Assembly: GCA_964016885.1 (NCBI GenBank)
Contig: OZ024745.1
Span: 104,284,001-104,348,000, forward strand
Direction of reading: 5' to 3'
DNA length: 64,000 nucleotides
Source: Eledone cirrhosa
Taxonomy: Eukaryota
The notes under the pieces were generated by a model. That model saw only the letters and a program-made list of their open reading frames with translations, had not been told where the DNA came from and did not search any database. Both the position numbers and the translations under genes were made by a program. Shown here piece by piece: positions 45,744 to 61,132 of the stretch (within the stretch, counting starts at the first letter, position 1; each line of letters opens with the position of its first letter).

Positions 45744-48176
45744 TTACTAGCAACGAAGTGCTCATCCACAATGTAAAGGTGACACCAACAATTCTCTCGG
45801 ATCATAACGTAGTAGAACTAATGCTATATGGTCCGAGAGAACCAACAGAGACAAAACCAACAAGAAGCACCAGGACGTTATCCACCCTTAACTTCTACAA
45901 GGCTAACTGGAAAAAGATTAAGAGAGAAAATGGAGTAAACATGGAGCGAAAACACCTCCACACAAGACACTAACACACAATTTCAACACTTCATGACAAC
46001 GATACACACTATATGCAAAAGGTTTGTCCCAGAGAAAAAGGCAAACAGACACAAACATCTTATTCCCAGAGATAGGAAAATCCTTATGAGGCGTAGAACC
46101 ATAAGGATTTTCCTCTCAAACCAGTTGAATGCTCAACAAGAAAACAAAAACAAGAAAGAATCCTATTTGAAACGTGCACTACTTGGCACCGAGATTGCAC
46201 TCAAACTTTCCCGTGAAAATGAGAGGGCAAAGAAAGAGAAAAGGGTCATAGAAAACATTAAAACAAACCCTAAGGCCTTCTTTAAATTTGCAAAAGAAAC
46301 TGCCCCGGTACACTGCAAGATTGGGTCACTCTTCCATACAGACGGTTCATAAACCGAGAATCCCCAAGAGATATGTGAAATACTGAACGAACAGTACAAA
46401 AGTGTGTTCACATGTCCACTGAGGCACATGCAAATAACAAAGCCAGCGGAGTTCTTTTATGCCACAACACTACATGAAGAAATGGCAACCATCAACCACA
46501 TAGACATAACGGAGGAGGATGTGGTGTACGCCATAGATGAAATTAGAACAGACCCAGCTGCTGGACCTGATGGATTCCCAGCCGTTCTCTTAAAAACATG
46601 TAAGCAGGCCTTAGTAACTCCACTGAAGATGCTCTTCAGAAGCTCCTTGGCTAGCGGTATACTACGCAGGGAGCTGAAAGAAGACACAATAGGCCAAAAA
46701 CTATAGGCTAGTCTCCCTGACGTCGCATATCAGTAAGGTCATGGAGCGAGTCGTCAGAAAGAAACTGATCACTTTCCTCGAGGAAAATGACCGCCTGACT
46801 AGCACGCAGTATGGCTTCCGCCCAGGAAGAAGCTGCCTTACACAGCTGCTACATCACTACGACTGGGTACTGAAACAACTGCTAGACAGCTCACATGTGG
46901 ACGTGATATATCTTGACTTTGCGAAGGCCTTTGACAAGGTCGACCACAGAATGATATGTCACAAACTACACGGACTCGGCATAACTGGAAAAGTAGGTGA
47001 GTGGCTGCATGACATCCTAAAGGACAGAAGCCAGGCAGTCGCAGAAAACGGGGACCTCTCAAAGTAAACACCAATAACAAGTGGCGTGCCCCAGGACACA
47101 GTCCTGGGACCACTACTGTTTTTGGTGGTTCTCTCAGACATGCCCTCTGTAGTACATACAACAACATCCCTCACTAGCTATGCTGATGACACTAAGGTAG
47201 CACAGGCAATCAAAAACCCGGCTGACGCTGCCCTTTTACAACAAGATCTGGATACCATATACAAATGGGCGGAAGAAAACAACATGCAGTTTGATGCTGG
47301 CAAATTCGAAGCCCTACAATACAAACCTCCAAGCAAACCTGCAAACACAAATATAGTACAACACAACTACACAGGACCAGGAGGGACCGATATCCCCGTG
47401 TCAAAATCGATACGAGACCTGGGCATAGACATGAGCGATGATGCATCTTTTTCCTCACACATCATGAAAGTGGCGACAATGTGCAGCCGACGCGCTGGCT
47501 GGATCTTGAGGACTTTCTGGACAAGAGACCGAGACACCATGTTGACACTATGGAGGACATTTGTCCTAAGCCGCCTGGACTACTGCTCCCAGTTGCGGCA
47601 CCCCATAGTGTCAAACTAACCACGGAGCTTGAGGCAATCCAACGAAGCCACACCAAGAGGATTGCCACGATGAAGGAGATAAGCTACTGGGAGAGGTTAA
47701 AAGAACTGAACCTCTACTCCTTGGAACAAAGACGGGAGAGATACGCAGTGATCTACATGTGGAAAATCCTGGAGGAACTAGCACCAAACTTTGGCATTGG
47801 GAGCTGGACCAACCGTCAAACAGGACGTCACTGTGTGGTGCCAAAGGTCCCGTCTTCCACATCTAGAATAAGGAGCAGGTATTGCAATAGCCTGGGATTC
47901 AAGGGCCCTCAACTCTTCAACAAGCTGCCGAGAGATCTGAGAGATTTGGATGACGTGGAGGTGGATGTCTTCAAGAAACATCTCGACACCTTGCTATCCA
48001 GGATCCAGGATGAGCCCACAGCAAGGCACGAGGGAAACCTAAGGGCAGCAGCAACAAACTCCCCCTTACACCAGTGGCCAACCTATACAGGCTGGAGATA
48101 AAATGTGTAGCAACAAGGGTGGTGCCCCAGCATGGCCTCAGCCGGTTGGCTGAAACAGGTAAAAGAGTAAAAGAGA
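45742..48176 (+). pseudogene. Decayed CR1-group LINE ORF2, 5'-truncated
   Basis: [61 protein letters not shown], spread over several frames. Confidence 0.92.
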
Positions 48177-48299
48177 ATATATATATGGCTAATTTTAAGA
48201 TCAACGAGTCCAAACAAGTTATCACCACGATTTCCTAGTTGAATCGACTGTGACACTCCGATTTATTTTCTAGGTGCCACTTACTTTTTGCAAACGCAA

Positions 48300-49690
48300 A
48301 GTTCCCGGGTGACTGGATTGATGCCCTGCCTGTGGCCAACATTGGTGGCCTTTCCAGTCATGCTGAGCTCTGCATCTGCATTGCACTTCGAGTGGGAGCC
48401 AACATATGTGGGGGTCTGAGATGTCGCTGTGGTATGTCCCTAGACCCCACAGGTCTACATGGTTTGTCCTGTCGTCTGAATGCTAGTCGTTTTGTCAGCC
48501 AACCCAGCTAAATCTGATTATTATACGAGCCCTGGCTCGGATAAATATACCCTCAGTTCTGGAGCCGGTTGGATTATCCAGAAGTGATGGGAAGAGATCA
48601 GACGGCCTTAACCTTTGTCCATGAAACGTCATAGTCAGTGACTCTTTTGCCCCCCTCCCATATCATGGACGCCGCGGTAAATGTGTGGGTCACTGCTTCC
48701 GTTGCCGAACGGAATAACATTCGTAAATACCTGGATTTATCCAGTAACTCTTTTTTCCAGCCAGTGGAGTTTGGTGGAGTTGGGCCACTGACAGCGGAGT
48801 TCTTGTCATCACTGGCGGCTCACCTTACTGAGGTATCAGGTGATGCCCGTGAGGGTGTAGCGAGATCTGTCCACGCCTTGAACCTTGGGTGACACCTAAA
48901 GTTCAAATTCTAGGTCATCGCCCTTTTGGTGTGAACATGTTCAGGGTGGGAGACAGCAAGCGACAGGTATATAAAGCCTGTATCATCCTACTTTAGTCAG
49001 AGACATCGGAGCACCCCACTACAGAACAAGCTATGTGAAAGATTCACCACTATCAACAGGCCCCAGTGGTCTACAGAAAGATATATAGATCGGAGCTCTA
49101 CGATACACAACAAACTATGTAAAGATTCACCGCTATCAACAGACCCTAGAGGTCTACAGAGATACAGAGAGATCAGAGCCCTACTACTACAGACCCGCTA
49201 TGTGAAAGATATTCCGCTATCTACAAGCCACAGTGGTCTACAATCAATTACAGACCATTAGTATCTCTCACTCACTATGGTCGCAGATCTACTAACACGG
49301 ACTCCAACAACAACATTATCTGTTCGCTCGCTGTTTTCACACCAACAACAACAGTCAACTACTACAGACTACAACAGCCTCATGAACCAACAACAAAAAA
49401 ACAACACTGTCTACCTTCTCAACTCTTGGTAACTGTTTTATTGTACATTTTTGATTCAAGTGAAGTAAACCGTTATATATAAACAAAATCATTTATTATT
49501 GTTATTTCATCAACCAGCCAGTAGAGTTTGGTGGAGTTGGGCCACTGACAGCGAAGTTCTTGTCGTCACTGGCGGCTCGCCTTACTGAGGTATCAGGTGA
49601 TGCCCGTGAGGGTGCCTGTTTGTTTCAGCACCTTAGCCTCACCGTCACTCGTGGCAATGCTGCAAGTCTATTGGCTTGCCTCAAAGTGTT
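48300..49690 (+). mobile_element. CRE-like non-LTR 3' fragment interrupted by a solo LTR
   Basis: GDWIDALPVANIG, CRCG...GLHGLSC and EPVGLSRSDGKRSDG resemble the element at 61133-62870. Confidence 0.75.
48856..49516 (+). mobile_element. Solo LTR
   Basis: Starts TGTAGCG and ends near ...TCAACCA. TATATAAAG at ~48968, AGTAAA near the 3' end, three ~80-bp internal repeats. Confidence 0.6.
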
Positions 49691-50876
49691 TAGTTAGCCC
49701 TTATGATGTAATGTGCAGCCGATTGTTGCCCTTGGTGGTGAATTGTTGGTTGTTTCTGCTTTTGCACCCCACCCCCCTTTTCTTCTTTTTTTCTCTCTTT
49801 GTTATGCGTTTATAATTGTGTCTATCAACGACCGGTGGATTGGCAGTACCGGTAGAGGGCCGGACACCAAGTTTTGACGCATAGAGTTACGGCCCTTTCC
49901 ATTCTGAGTTGAAATCCCGCCGAGGTTAACTCTGCCTTTCATCCTTACGGGGTCGATAAAATAAAGTACCAGTAATGCGCTGGGATAATTGCTGGCCTTG
50001 GGCCAAAAGTAGAAACAATTATATTTGTGATGTTCTTCTGAACGAATTGCGAGCAATTTATAATGTTATTTACCCATTTGTAATGTTAATTTAACTTAAT
50101 AAATCATAATCTATAATATTGTATTATATTTTCAGATCAACCATGAAAAGGTATTGCAATAGAAAAACTATGAGTCACTATGCAATAAATCAATTAGCCA
50201 CGATTCGTATTCAGGTGAATAGGACAGACATTTTAAAATACCAAACGGAAACTATTGATTTCTAAGATTAATACAATATCAACTCTACAAATAATTGTTT
50301 CTACTTTTGGCACAAGGCCAACAATTATCCCAGTGCATTACTGGTACTTTATTTTATCGACTCCGTAAGGATGAAAGGCAAAGTTAACCTCGGCGGGATT
50401 TGAACTCAAACCATAAAGGGCCGTAACTCTTTGCTTCAAAGCATGGCGTCCGACCCTCTACCGATACTGCCAATCCAACGCCCTAAATCAACTCTACAAA
50501 TAATATTAAGCAGAAATTAAGGCCAATAGATTGTCAAAGGCGATAGATCAACAGACAATATGCATTGCAGTATTTTGTTATTTTTTTACGTCCTGAGTAC
50601 AAATCTCACCCCAAGATGTGTGATCATGTACCTATGTAAAAGATTGATATTAAAGTAAAGACAAGCGGTGGATTGGCAGTATCGGTAGAGGGTCAGACGC
50701 CATGCTTTGACGCATAGAGTTACAGCCCTTGCCATTCTAAGTTCAAATCCCGCCGAGGTTAACTTTGCCTTTCATCCTTACGGGCTCGATAAAATGAAGT
50801 ATCTGTAATGCACTGGGTAATTGCTGGCCTTGTGCCAAAAGTAGAAACAATTAAAGTAAAGACAAGAAATACATAC

Positions 50877-50951
50877 CTGATGGTGTAGAATTACAGAAAG
50901 TCGTAGTTCTAATCAATTGATCTGTTGTCGTTTTGGTTTCTGGAAGATTAC
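50877..50951 (-). CDS. Candidate exon of paralog A
   Basis: Pyrimidine-rich intron end ...ATACTAG, CAG|GTATGT donor, 75 nt, phase 1-1, NLPETKTTTDQLIRTTTFCNSTPS. Confidence 0.5.
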
Positions 50952-52209
50952 CTAGTATTTTGTAAAAACATACAAACAAAAGACACGGTCATCTAAGGTT
51001 TATGTATTCATAGCTACATCTTCAACTTTTAGACTGATATTACCATATGTTTAATCGTAATGGAATTCAAATAAAAAACAAACTGCTAACATATATAAGG
51101 ATTAAATGCCATATATTTTATATTTCTCAAATCATTAACTAACAAAAACGTTAACTCTTTTAACAAATAATTCATTGTTATAATTTACATCTTAAAAACG
51201 TTTTAATTTTTAGGAAAGAAAAAAATGAGAAAACGAGGCATCGAGTGTGATGGGCGTTGTTGACCAAAAAATGTTAATATAATTCTTTAAAAAATATTAT
51301 TTCTTGTACAGGGAAAAGGATGTAAGGTGAAATTCTATATAGAACGGGTATTCTTCGAATAGGAATGAACATTTATGAAAATAACTTACTTTTTTTATTA
51401 CTTTTAGGTCATTCTTATAGCCCAGCACACTTTTCACCGAGAAATTGTCATCCTCAAGTGTTCTACAATCTCTATTCAAATACATCATCCTCTCGTCGAA
51501 TATTTAAATGCTTTTCTTCTTTTTACTCTCGAATCTATCCTCTTCATCTTATTTCATTTTCTATCAGTACATTTGTTCTCCTTCTCGCTTTCGACCAGCT
51601 CTCTTTCCTCAACTCTCTCTCTCTCTCTCTCTCCCTTTACATACCGATCATTCTTATAACCTTATTAACCTACCATGTAATCAACTATCCCAGAAGAAAC
51701 AGTTTCCAATATTCACAACGAACGCAGTCTGTATATAATCTCTGATCACTCTCAATTGCAAATATCAATACAGGATATAGGTTTATAATGATTGGATGGG
51801 GGACATTGTGTTCTAATTGACAATTTCTCTATTGTTGGTGTTAGTCTCATGATAAAACACAACAGTCCTTTTATATTGGTGGCTGGATGTAGTATGAAGT
51901 CGCTGGTCAGTTTTATATCTTAATCAGATGTTCAGTTTCCGTTTGATATATTGAAGTGCCTGTACTATGCACCAGTATACTGCTCGTTACTCATGAGATA
52001 TTGCAGCAATATTTCGTTCAATGCCAATTTTTAAAGATGATTTAACATCGGAAAATGAAGGATCTCGACTTATTTCATCGACACATTTTTCGAATACTTA
52101 TACATTATCATATATGGCATTCAATGTTTTTTCTCACATTATAAAGATTTGATCAAATTTACTTGATAAGTACAGTGATAACTTTAAATGAGAGATATAT
52201 TTTACTTAC

Positions 52210-52335
52210 ACAATTTGAATGTCACGCTTTCCGTTTCCAACTGCGATAGAGTGAAATTGTTTCCTGTACAGTTGATTATCATGTCGTTCTGAAAACCTCT
52301 AATAATTCTTCCATCTACAGTGCATACTGCTGGAG
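52210..52335 (-). CDS. Paralog A exon, homologous to 17159-17272
   Basis: Same splice sites, 126 nt, (A)PAVCTVDGRIIRGFQNDMIINCTGNNFTLSQLETESVTFKL. Flanking intron homology covers ~52050-52430. Confidence 0.8.
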
Positions 52336-52963
52336 CTAAAAAATGGTTCAATATATTCACAAATGTATTACGATTCTGAAAACAACATTAGGTTGTTTGT
52401 AAACTCAACAAGTTACCATGTATTTCGAATATTTTATATAAGTTATGCTAGAATGCAAGAAAATAACTAGTAATGCCGATACAACTGGCATGAAGTTAGA
52501 ATGTCCCGGAAATGATTTTACGGACAAAAATAACCGGCAAGATGATTAGATAACATCCATGAGCTGGCAGGTCTTGCTTGGAGATCCAATCGGATCAATT
52601 GGAGATGGTTATTTATGACAGAACCCTGGAAGGAGTTTTTGAGGATTCTGTCACCACGACTCTCCCATGAATAAGTGCAAGAAAAAGAAGAAGAAGAAGA
52701 AGATAACATTATTGAGAAATATGATTAAGATGATTTAGGAAGATTGGCAGAAACAGTTAAGTAGTGACCTCATAGATAATCGCTATTTAATTAATCTTTT
52801 TATAATGTCTCTCACAATGAGTACAACTTTACATTTGTTTCTTCCAACATCGATAAAATAAGTTCGAGTCATATACTGTAGTCGGTTACATCGACTACAG
52901 TATATGACTAACATTAAGTTTGGTTAGGTTCTACTTGCTATTTGTATCCCGTAACCTGCCTCG

Positions 52964-53215
52964 CGGAGTCGCGTGACCTAGTGGTAGGGGCGTTGGACTA
53001 ACGATGATAATGTCGTGGGTTCGATTCCTGGGTTGGGTTGTGTGTTGTGTTCTTGAACAAAACACTTCATTTCACGTTGCTCCAGTATACTCAGCTGAAA
53101 ATGAGTACCAGCAATAGCTGGGGGGTTAACCCTGCGATGGGCTGGCGTCCTGTCCAGGGGGGAGTCTTGCATTCTCAGTCGCTTCACGCCATGAAACCGG
53201 GATACGCACCGGCCT
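52964..53215 (+). mobile_element. tRNA-derived SINE, V-SINE-like
   Basis: A box TGACCTAGTGG, B box GGTTCGATTCC, TTGTGTTCTTGAACAAAACACTT, CCTGCGATGGGCTGGCGTCCTGTCCAGGGG. Confidence 0.75.
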
Positions 53216-53834
53216 AACGAACCGTAAATGGCTTAAGACAGACTTTAAACCACCTCGTGGTCGCGTAGACAGAGACTATCCCCCTCCCCACGTTATTAAT
53301 TTGTGGGTACCCATAAGTATTATACAGAAATCCTGTTAAATGGTGGAAGTATATTCCACAATGAGACCAACGACCAAACTTATCTGGATTTAAGATAAGC
53401 ACCAACGCATTATTTAAAAAATTGCATTGTTGTGCAGCTAGTTTCCTTGACACACAGTTTCGGTTGTTGGTGCCAAATTTATGAACTATTATTTTTATTT
53501 AAGCGAGTAGTTTTGGGAAGACTAAGTTCTTTTCCCAATTTCAGTTCCTGATTGAAGCTATTTCAGTTAAGAGACGCAGGCAGCAACTCCATCCACTTTC
53601 TATTGCTCTAAAGCAATGATGCTTTGTGATAAATCGAAAGAGATCAATAATGTACACGTTAAATCAAGAAATCATTATCAATATTTTCAATTTTCAGTGC
53701 AGTGGATGGCACAATCGGTACAGTACTGAGCATAAATTTATATGCACTTAAAAAAAAAAAAAAAAAAAATTGTGACTTTCTCTTTTTACTCTCGTCTATC
53801 TTTCTATTTTTTCTTCTTTCTCTCGTTCTATGTT

Positions 53835-54362
53835 CTGATGAAGGACTAACGTCCGTCTTTTTTCCAAACCCACCCATTACTGCTTTTAAACGGGCCTGCA
53901 ACCTCCACGACCTCATGGTTCGCAGTTCCTTCTCGTCCTATCCCACGACTCCACCCGGCTCTCATCCTTGTTCTCGTCTCCGCTGCAACATCAAAAACAA
54001 GCAAATCGGGGTTATTGTAAGATAGAGTTGTAGCAATCTTATTATATTAACCATTGCCTGTATTTTTTGCTTTTGTGTGCCATCAATTATATCTGCATCT
54101 TGTGGAATCCGCTTGTGCCCTGGCATTTAGCTGTGGTGCTTAAGAACCCCAACATGTATCCCCTCCTTGTTCGCCATCTCCGATCTCCCTATCTTTACCC
54201 TCTCTTGCATTACGATTGTTCATGTGACTAGGCTCTGTGGAGCTTATACTCAGCACTGTGTTTATTAAGCTCTGAGGATTCCTACCAAACGGTATGGATG
54301 AAACATTGTAAACAAATAAAAACTGTTTGAGTATGTAAGCGTTCTTTGGTTTCTTTTACACA

Positions 54363-54365
<3 letters not shown>
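53835..54365 (+). mobile_element. PLE remnant: half hammerhead, Neptune linker fragment, and 3'UTR with hammerhead-like motif
   Basis: CTGATGAAGGAC taac GTCCG is joined to VFFPNPPITAFKRACNLHDLMVRS...PCSRLRC. CTGAGGA...GAAAC att GTA at 54272-54310. Confidence 0.65.
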
Positions 54366-54442
<77 letters not shown>

Positions 54443-54901
54443 CGTGTGTGTGTGTGTGTGTATAGTATATATATGTGTGTGTATGTTGTATGTGCGTGTA
54501 TATATGTGTGTGTGAAGGATATATGCATATGTATCTAAAGCTAATCTGAGTTTTTCGAATAATAATATTCAATTCGTTTGCAGTTATGCAAACAGCCTCT
54601 TTAAGCGTGTGAGTAGAATGACGCCGTCATTGTTGCTCTTGGCCATGCTCTGACATGGCTTAAAAAGGCTGTTTGCATAATTGGCAGTATCGGTAGAGGG
54701 TGCTTTGACGCATAGAGTTACGGCCCTTTCCATTCTGAGTTCAAATCCCGCCGAAGTTAACTTGCATTCATGTATACATCGCTATTTCAGAGCACCAATC
54801 CTAATACCTAATTTTTGCTCTGTTTAATCAGCTCCTGATTATTACTAGAATTCTATAAGAATCCAGCTTCTATAATTTCGACGAAAGCAGGCGAGAACGT
54901 G

Positions 54902-54941
54902 GCTCTGATGATCGCCAACCAGCGTGAAACAGACTGTTAGC
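54902..54941 (+). ncRNA. Minimal hammerhead ribozyme
   Basis: GCT-CTGATGA-t CGC caacca GCG t-GAAAC agact GTT-AGC; stems are short. Confidence 0.55.
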
Positions 54942-55289
54942 TTCTGTCCCTTCTTTGACCGAAAAGAAGTAAGTGACATGGTCACTACTTTAAAACTGAT
55001 AGCGTATGGTCTTCTAAATGTTTTTAATTAAACATACGGTATATTGCCAAATATACTATACGTATATTCATATATATATATATATATATATACAAATTTT
55101 AGTACAGCATCAACCAAGCTTTTGGTAGCAGCCAAGCTAAGGAATGCAGTTTCGGTGTGCATCTAAGCACTCAATGGAGAATATTACCCTAGAGTTATAA
55201 CATTACGGTTAAACAGCTTTGCAAATCAAATACAGCGACCGATAGACGGGCCGCAGTGACCATAGCGACGAAAAAAACTGAACTCAGGA

Positions 55290-55330
<41 letters not shown>

Positions 55331-55429
55331 TAAATATATTATAAGTAAGTATGTTTTGAAACAGCGAGCGAGTTTGAAATTAGAAATAGAAGCTTTCGAC
55401 GCATATGTACGTCAATACTCATTTTTTTC

Positions 55430-55755
55430 CATTTCTTAAAGTGTTCTAAAGCCTACTATATGTATTTGAATTTTGTGTTTCCAAAGAAATACGATATGTT
55501 TATAAATAAACATTTAGGAAGCCATAGTTATGAATAACACACTGGCAGCTAAAGCCACTAGGCGGTGCCCGGCAGAAGCAAGGGGGACAATTGTCGATGC
55601 ATTTCGAACTCAACTTGTCCTCGTCAGTACGATCTCTCCTGCTCTTGTAACTGCCGGAGTTTGAAAACAGGCGAAAATATATAGTTTCTTCGTCTTTTGT
55701 AAATGAAGTGATTAATCGCATTTACATATGAAGCTGTATAAGTTGGCTCAACTTA
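55430..55755 (-). repeat. Left arm of hammerhead-bearing palindrome (hammerhead at 55590-55633)
   Basis: Diverged reverse complement of 59110-59430. On -: ATCGTA-CTGACGA-GGAC aagttga GTTC-GAAA-TGCA-TC-GACAAT. Confidence 0.85.
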
Positions 55756-59109
<3,354 letters not shown>

Positions 59110-59231
59110 TAAGTTGAGTCAACTTATACAGCTTCATATCCAAATGAGATTAATCACCTCATTTACATAGACAAAAAAAACTATATATTTTCGCCTGATT
59201 TCAAAGTTCGGCAGTTGCAGGAGCGTGAGAG

Positions 59232-59275
59232 ATCGTCCTGATGAGAACCAGTTGAGTTCGAAATGCATCGACGAT
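59232..59275 (+). ncRNA. Canonical minimal type I hammerhead in right palindrome arm (59110-59430)
   Basis: ATCGTC-CTGATGA-GAAC cagttga GTTC-GAAA-TGCA-TC-GACGAT: 6-bp stem I, 4-bp stem II, palindromic ATGCAT stem III, AUC site. Confidence 0.85.
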
Positions 59276-59715
59276 TGTCCCCCTTGCTTTTGCCGGGTAC
59301 CGCCTGGTGGCGTTAGCTGCCAGTGTGTTATTCATAGCTATGGCTTCCTGTTGGGGTCCTGACTCTTTTCCTAAATGTTTATTTATAAACCTACCGTATT
59401 TCTTTAGAAATGCGAAATTCAAATAGATATTTGTACACAGCTATGTTTGAAGCTAAATTCTAATTCTATATATGCATATACAAATATTGATTCACTCTCA
59501 TGTAGGATTTTATACGGAGAGTAAATTTATTTAAAACTTCACTTTGCATATATGCAGACACAAATAAATTTCGAAAGAGAATAAAAGAGAGTAATTTAAA
59601 CTATATATATATAATTCTTTCTACTTTTGGCACAAGGCCAGCAATTACCCAGTGTATTACTGGTACTTTATTTTATCCACATCATTTTTAAACATCAAGA
59701 TATTTATATTCTTAC

Positions 59716-59905
59716 CGAATCCAAGAAATGAGATTTCCCGTAAGCCAACATTTTCCTTTTCTATTCGACCTTGACACTTTGGATACACGCTGTCTACAGA
59801 TATATTAACGTAGTGAGTTAATACGTCAGGCAATATAAAAATATCGTTGTGCACATTGGTATCTTTATGATCGGTCTTGTTGTTTTTCGTCATTATAAAT
59901 GTGAA
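59716..59905 (-). CDS. Paralog A exon, near-identical to 18360-18549
   Basis: Same splice sites, 190 nt, three amino-acid differences. Confidence 0.85.
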
Positions 59906-60029
59906 CTGAGATAAAAATAGAGGACATTTTAGAAAGCATAGAAATATATTTACTTCGTAGGAAATCTATAACTCTTTTATATGTTGGGATATCATCTGAA
60001 AATTTTGCATTCGTGTAGTATGTATGTAT

Positions 60030-60900
60030 GTATTACTACAATCACCAAGGTGTGTGTATATAGATCATGTGTTCTGTCGGCTCTTTTATACTCCGCTGAA
60101 ATCTGGACGCTATTCCGCAAACACATCAAATTGCTTGAGCACTTTCAGCAGAAATCTTTAAGATGCATATTCAACATCATGTGGCAAGACAGAACTCATG
60201 ATATCTATGTCCTATCAAAGCGGAATATCCAAACATTGAGTCTCAAGTAACATCTCAAATGCGCTGGACAGGACATATCGTCTGCATGAAAGAAAGCTGG
60301 ATCCCGAAGCAACCGTTTTACGGTGAGCTCCATCTTGGAAAAAGGCCTCAACACAAACCGAAAATGAAGTACAAGGACAGCATCAAGAACAATCTCAAAG
60401 AGCTGGCATTGGATTTAGACAATTCGGACGAGATAGCTCTAAATAGGGCTGAGTGGAGAAAGCGCATAAAGAGCAGTTGCAAAACCTTTGAGGAATTTCG
60501 TTTAGAACATAAACAACTGAAGTGTCAGCTCCGGAAGGGTTGTGCTCACAGTCTTGATGAAGTCATCAGTAGTTGGACATACAATTTCTGTCAGCGTGTA
60601 CTCCTCTCAAAGTCTGGATATGTTAATCACCTGAAGTCACATTAAAGGGTAACCACCTGCAACACCACTCAACAAAGACCTGGCGAAACAACGTGCGTGA
60701 TATGCAACAAAGTGTAGAACTAGTTCCGGACTAAAAAGCACACGGTGGTGTATAAAGTTTGTATCCTAAAGGGTGACCCCCCCCCCCACCGGTTCTGTGG
60801 AAAGCATAACTCTCTTCTGTCACCTGTGTCGTAAACCATGCAGATTTACAGCTGGCCTACAAAGTCATCTACACAGTCATGGGCGCAGATGAGATGATAA
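60030..60900 (+). mobile_element. RTE (BovB-like) LINE 3' fragment
   Basis: TKVCVYRSCVLSALLYSAEIW...WQDR; MRWTGHIVCM...PKQPFYGEL..GKR; trailing C2H2 remnants. Confidence 0.88.
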
Positions 60901-61132
60901 CGAAGAATCAATAAGAAACGACAATCGTCTGTGAAGACGCTGCAATCTTCAAGTATGTTTGCCTGTGTGTATGTGCGCGTGTGTGTATGAATGTATGTAT
61001 GTATGTGTGTGTGTGCGAGTATGTATGTATGTACATGAGAACACACAGTCAGAACTAAGCAGTGGAAAGTCCCAAAGGAGCCTACAGTTGCCATGTATGT
61101 GCCAGAGGGTGCAAGTCTTTGGCTGGTTTAAA

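Noticed and set aside
49830-50852. tRNA-like A/B boxes
   Set aside because: These are SINE heads; there is no complete cloverleaf and each is attached to the same SINE body.
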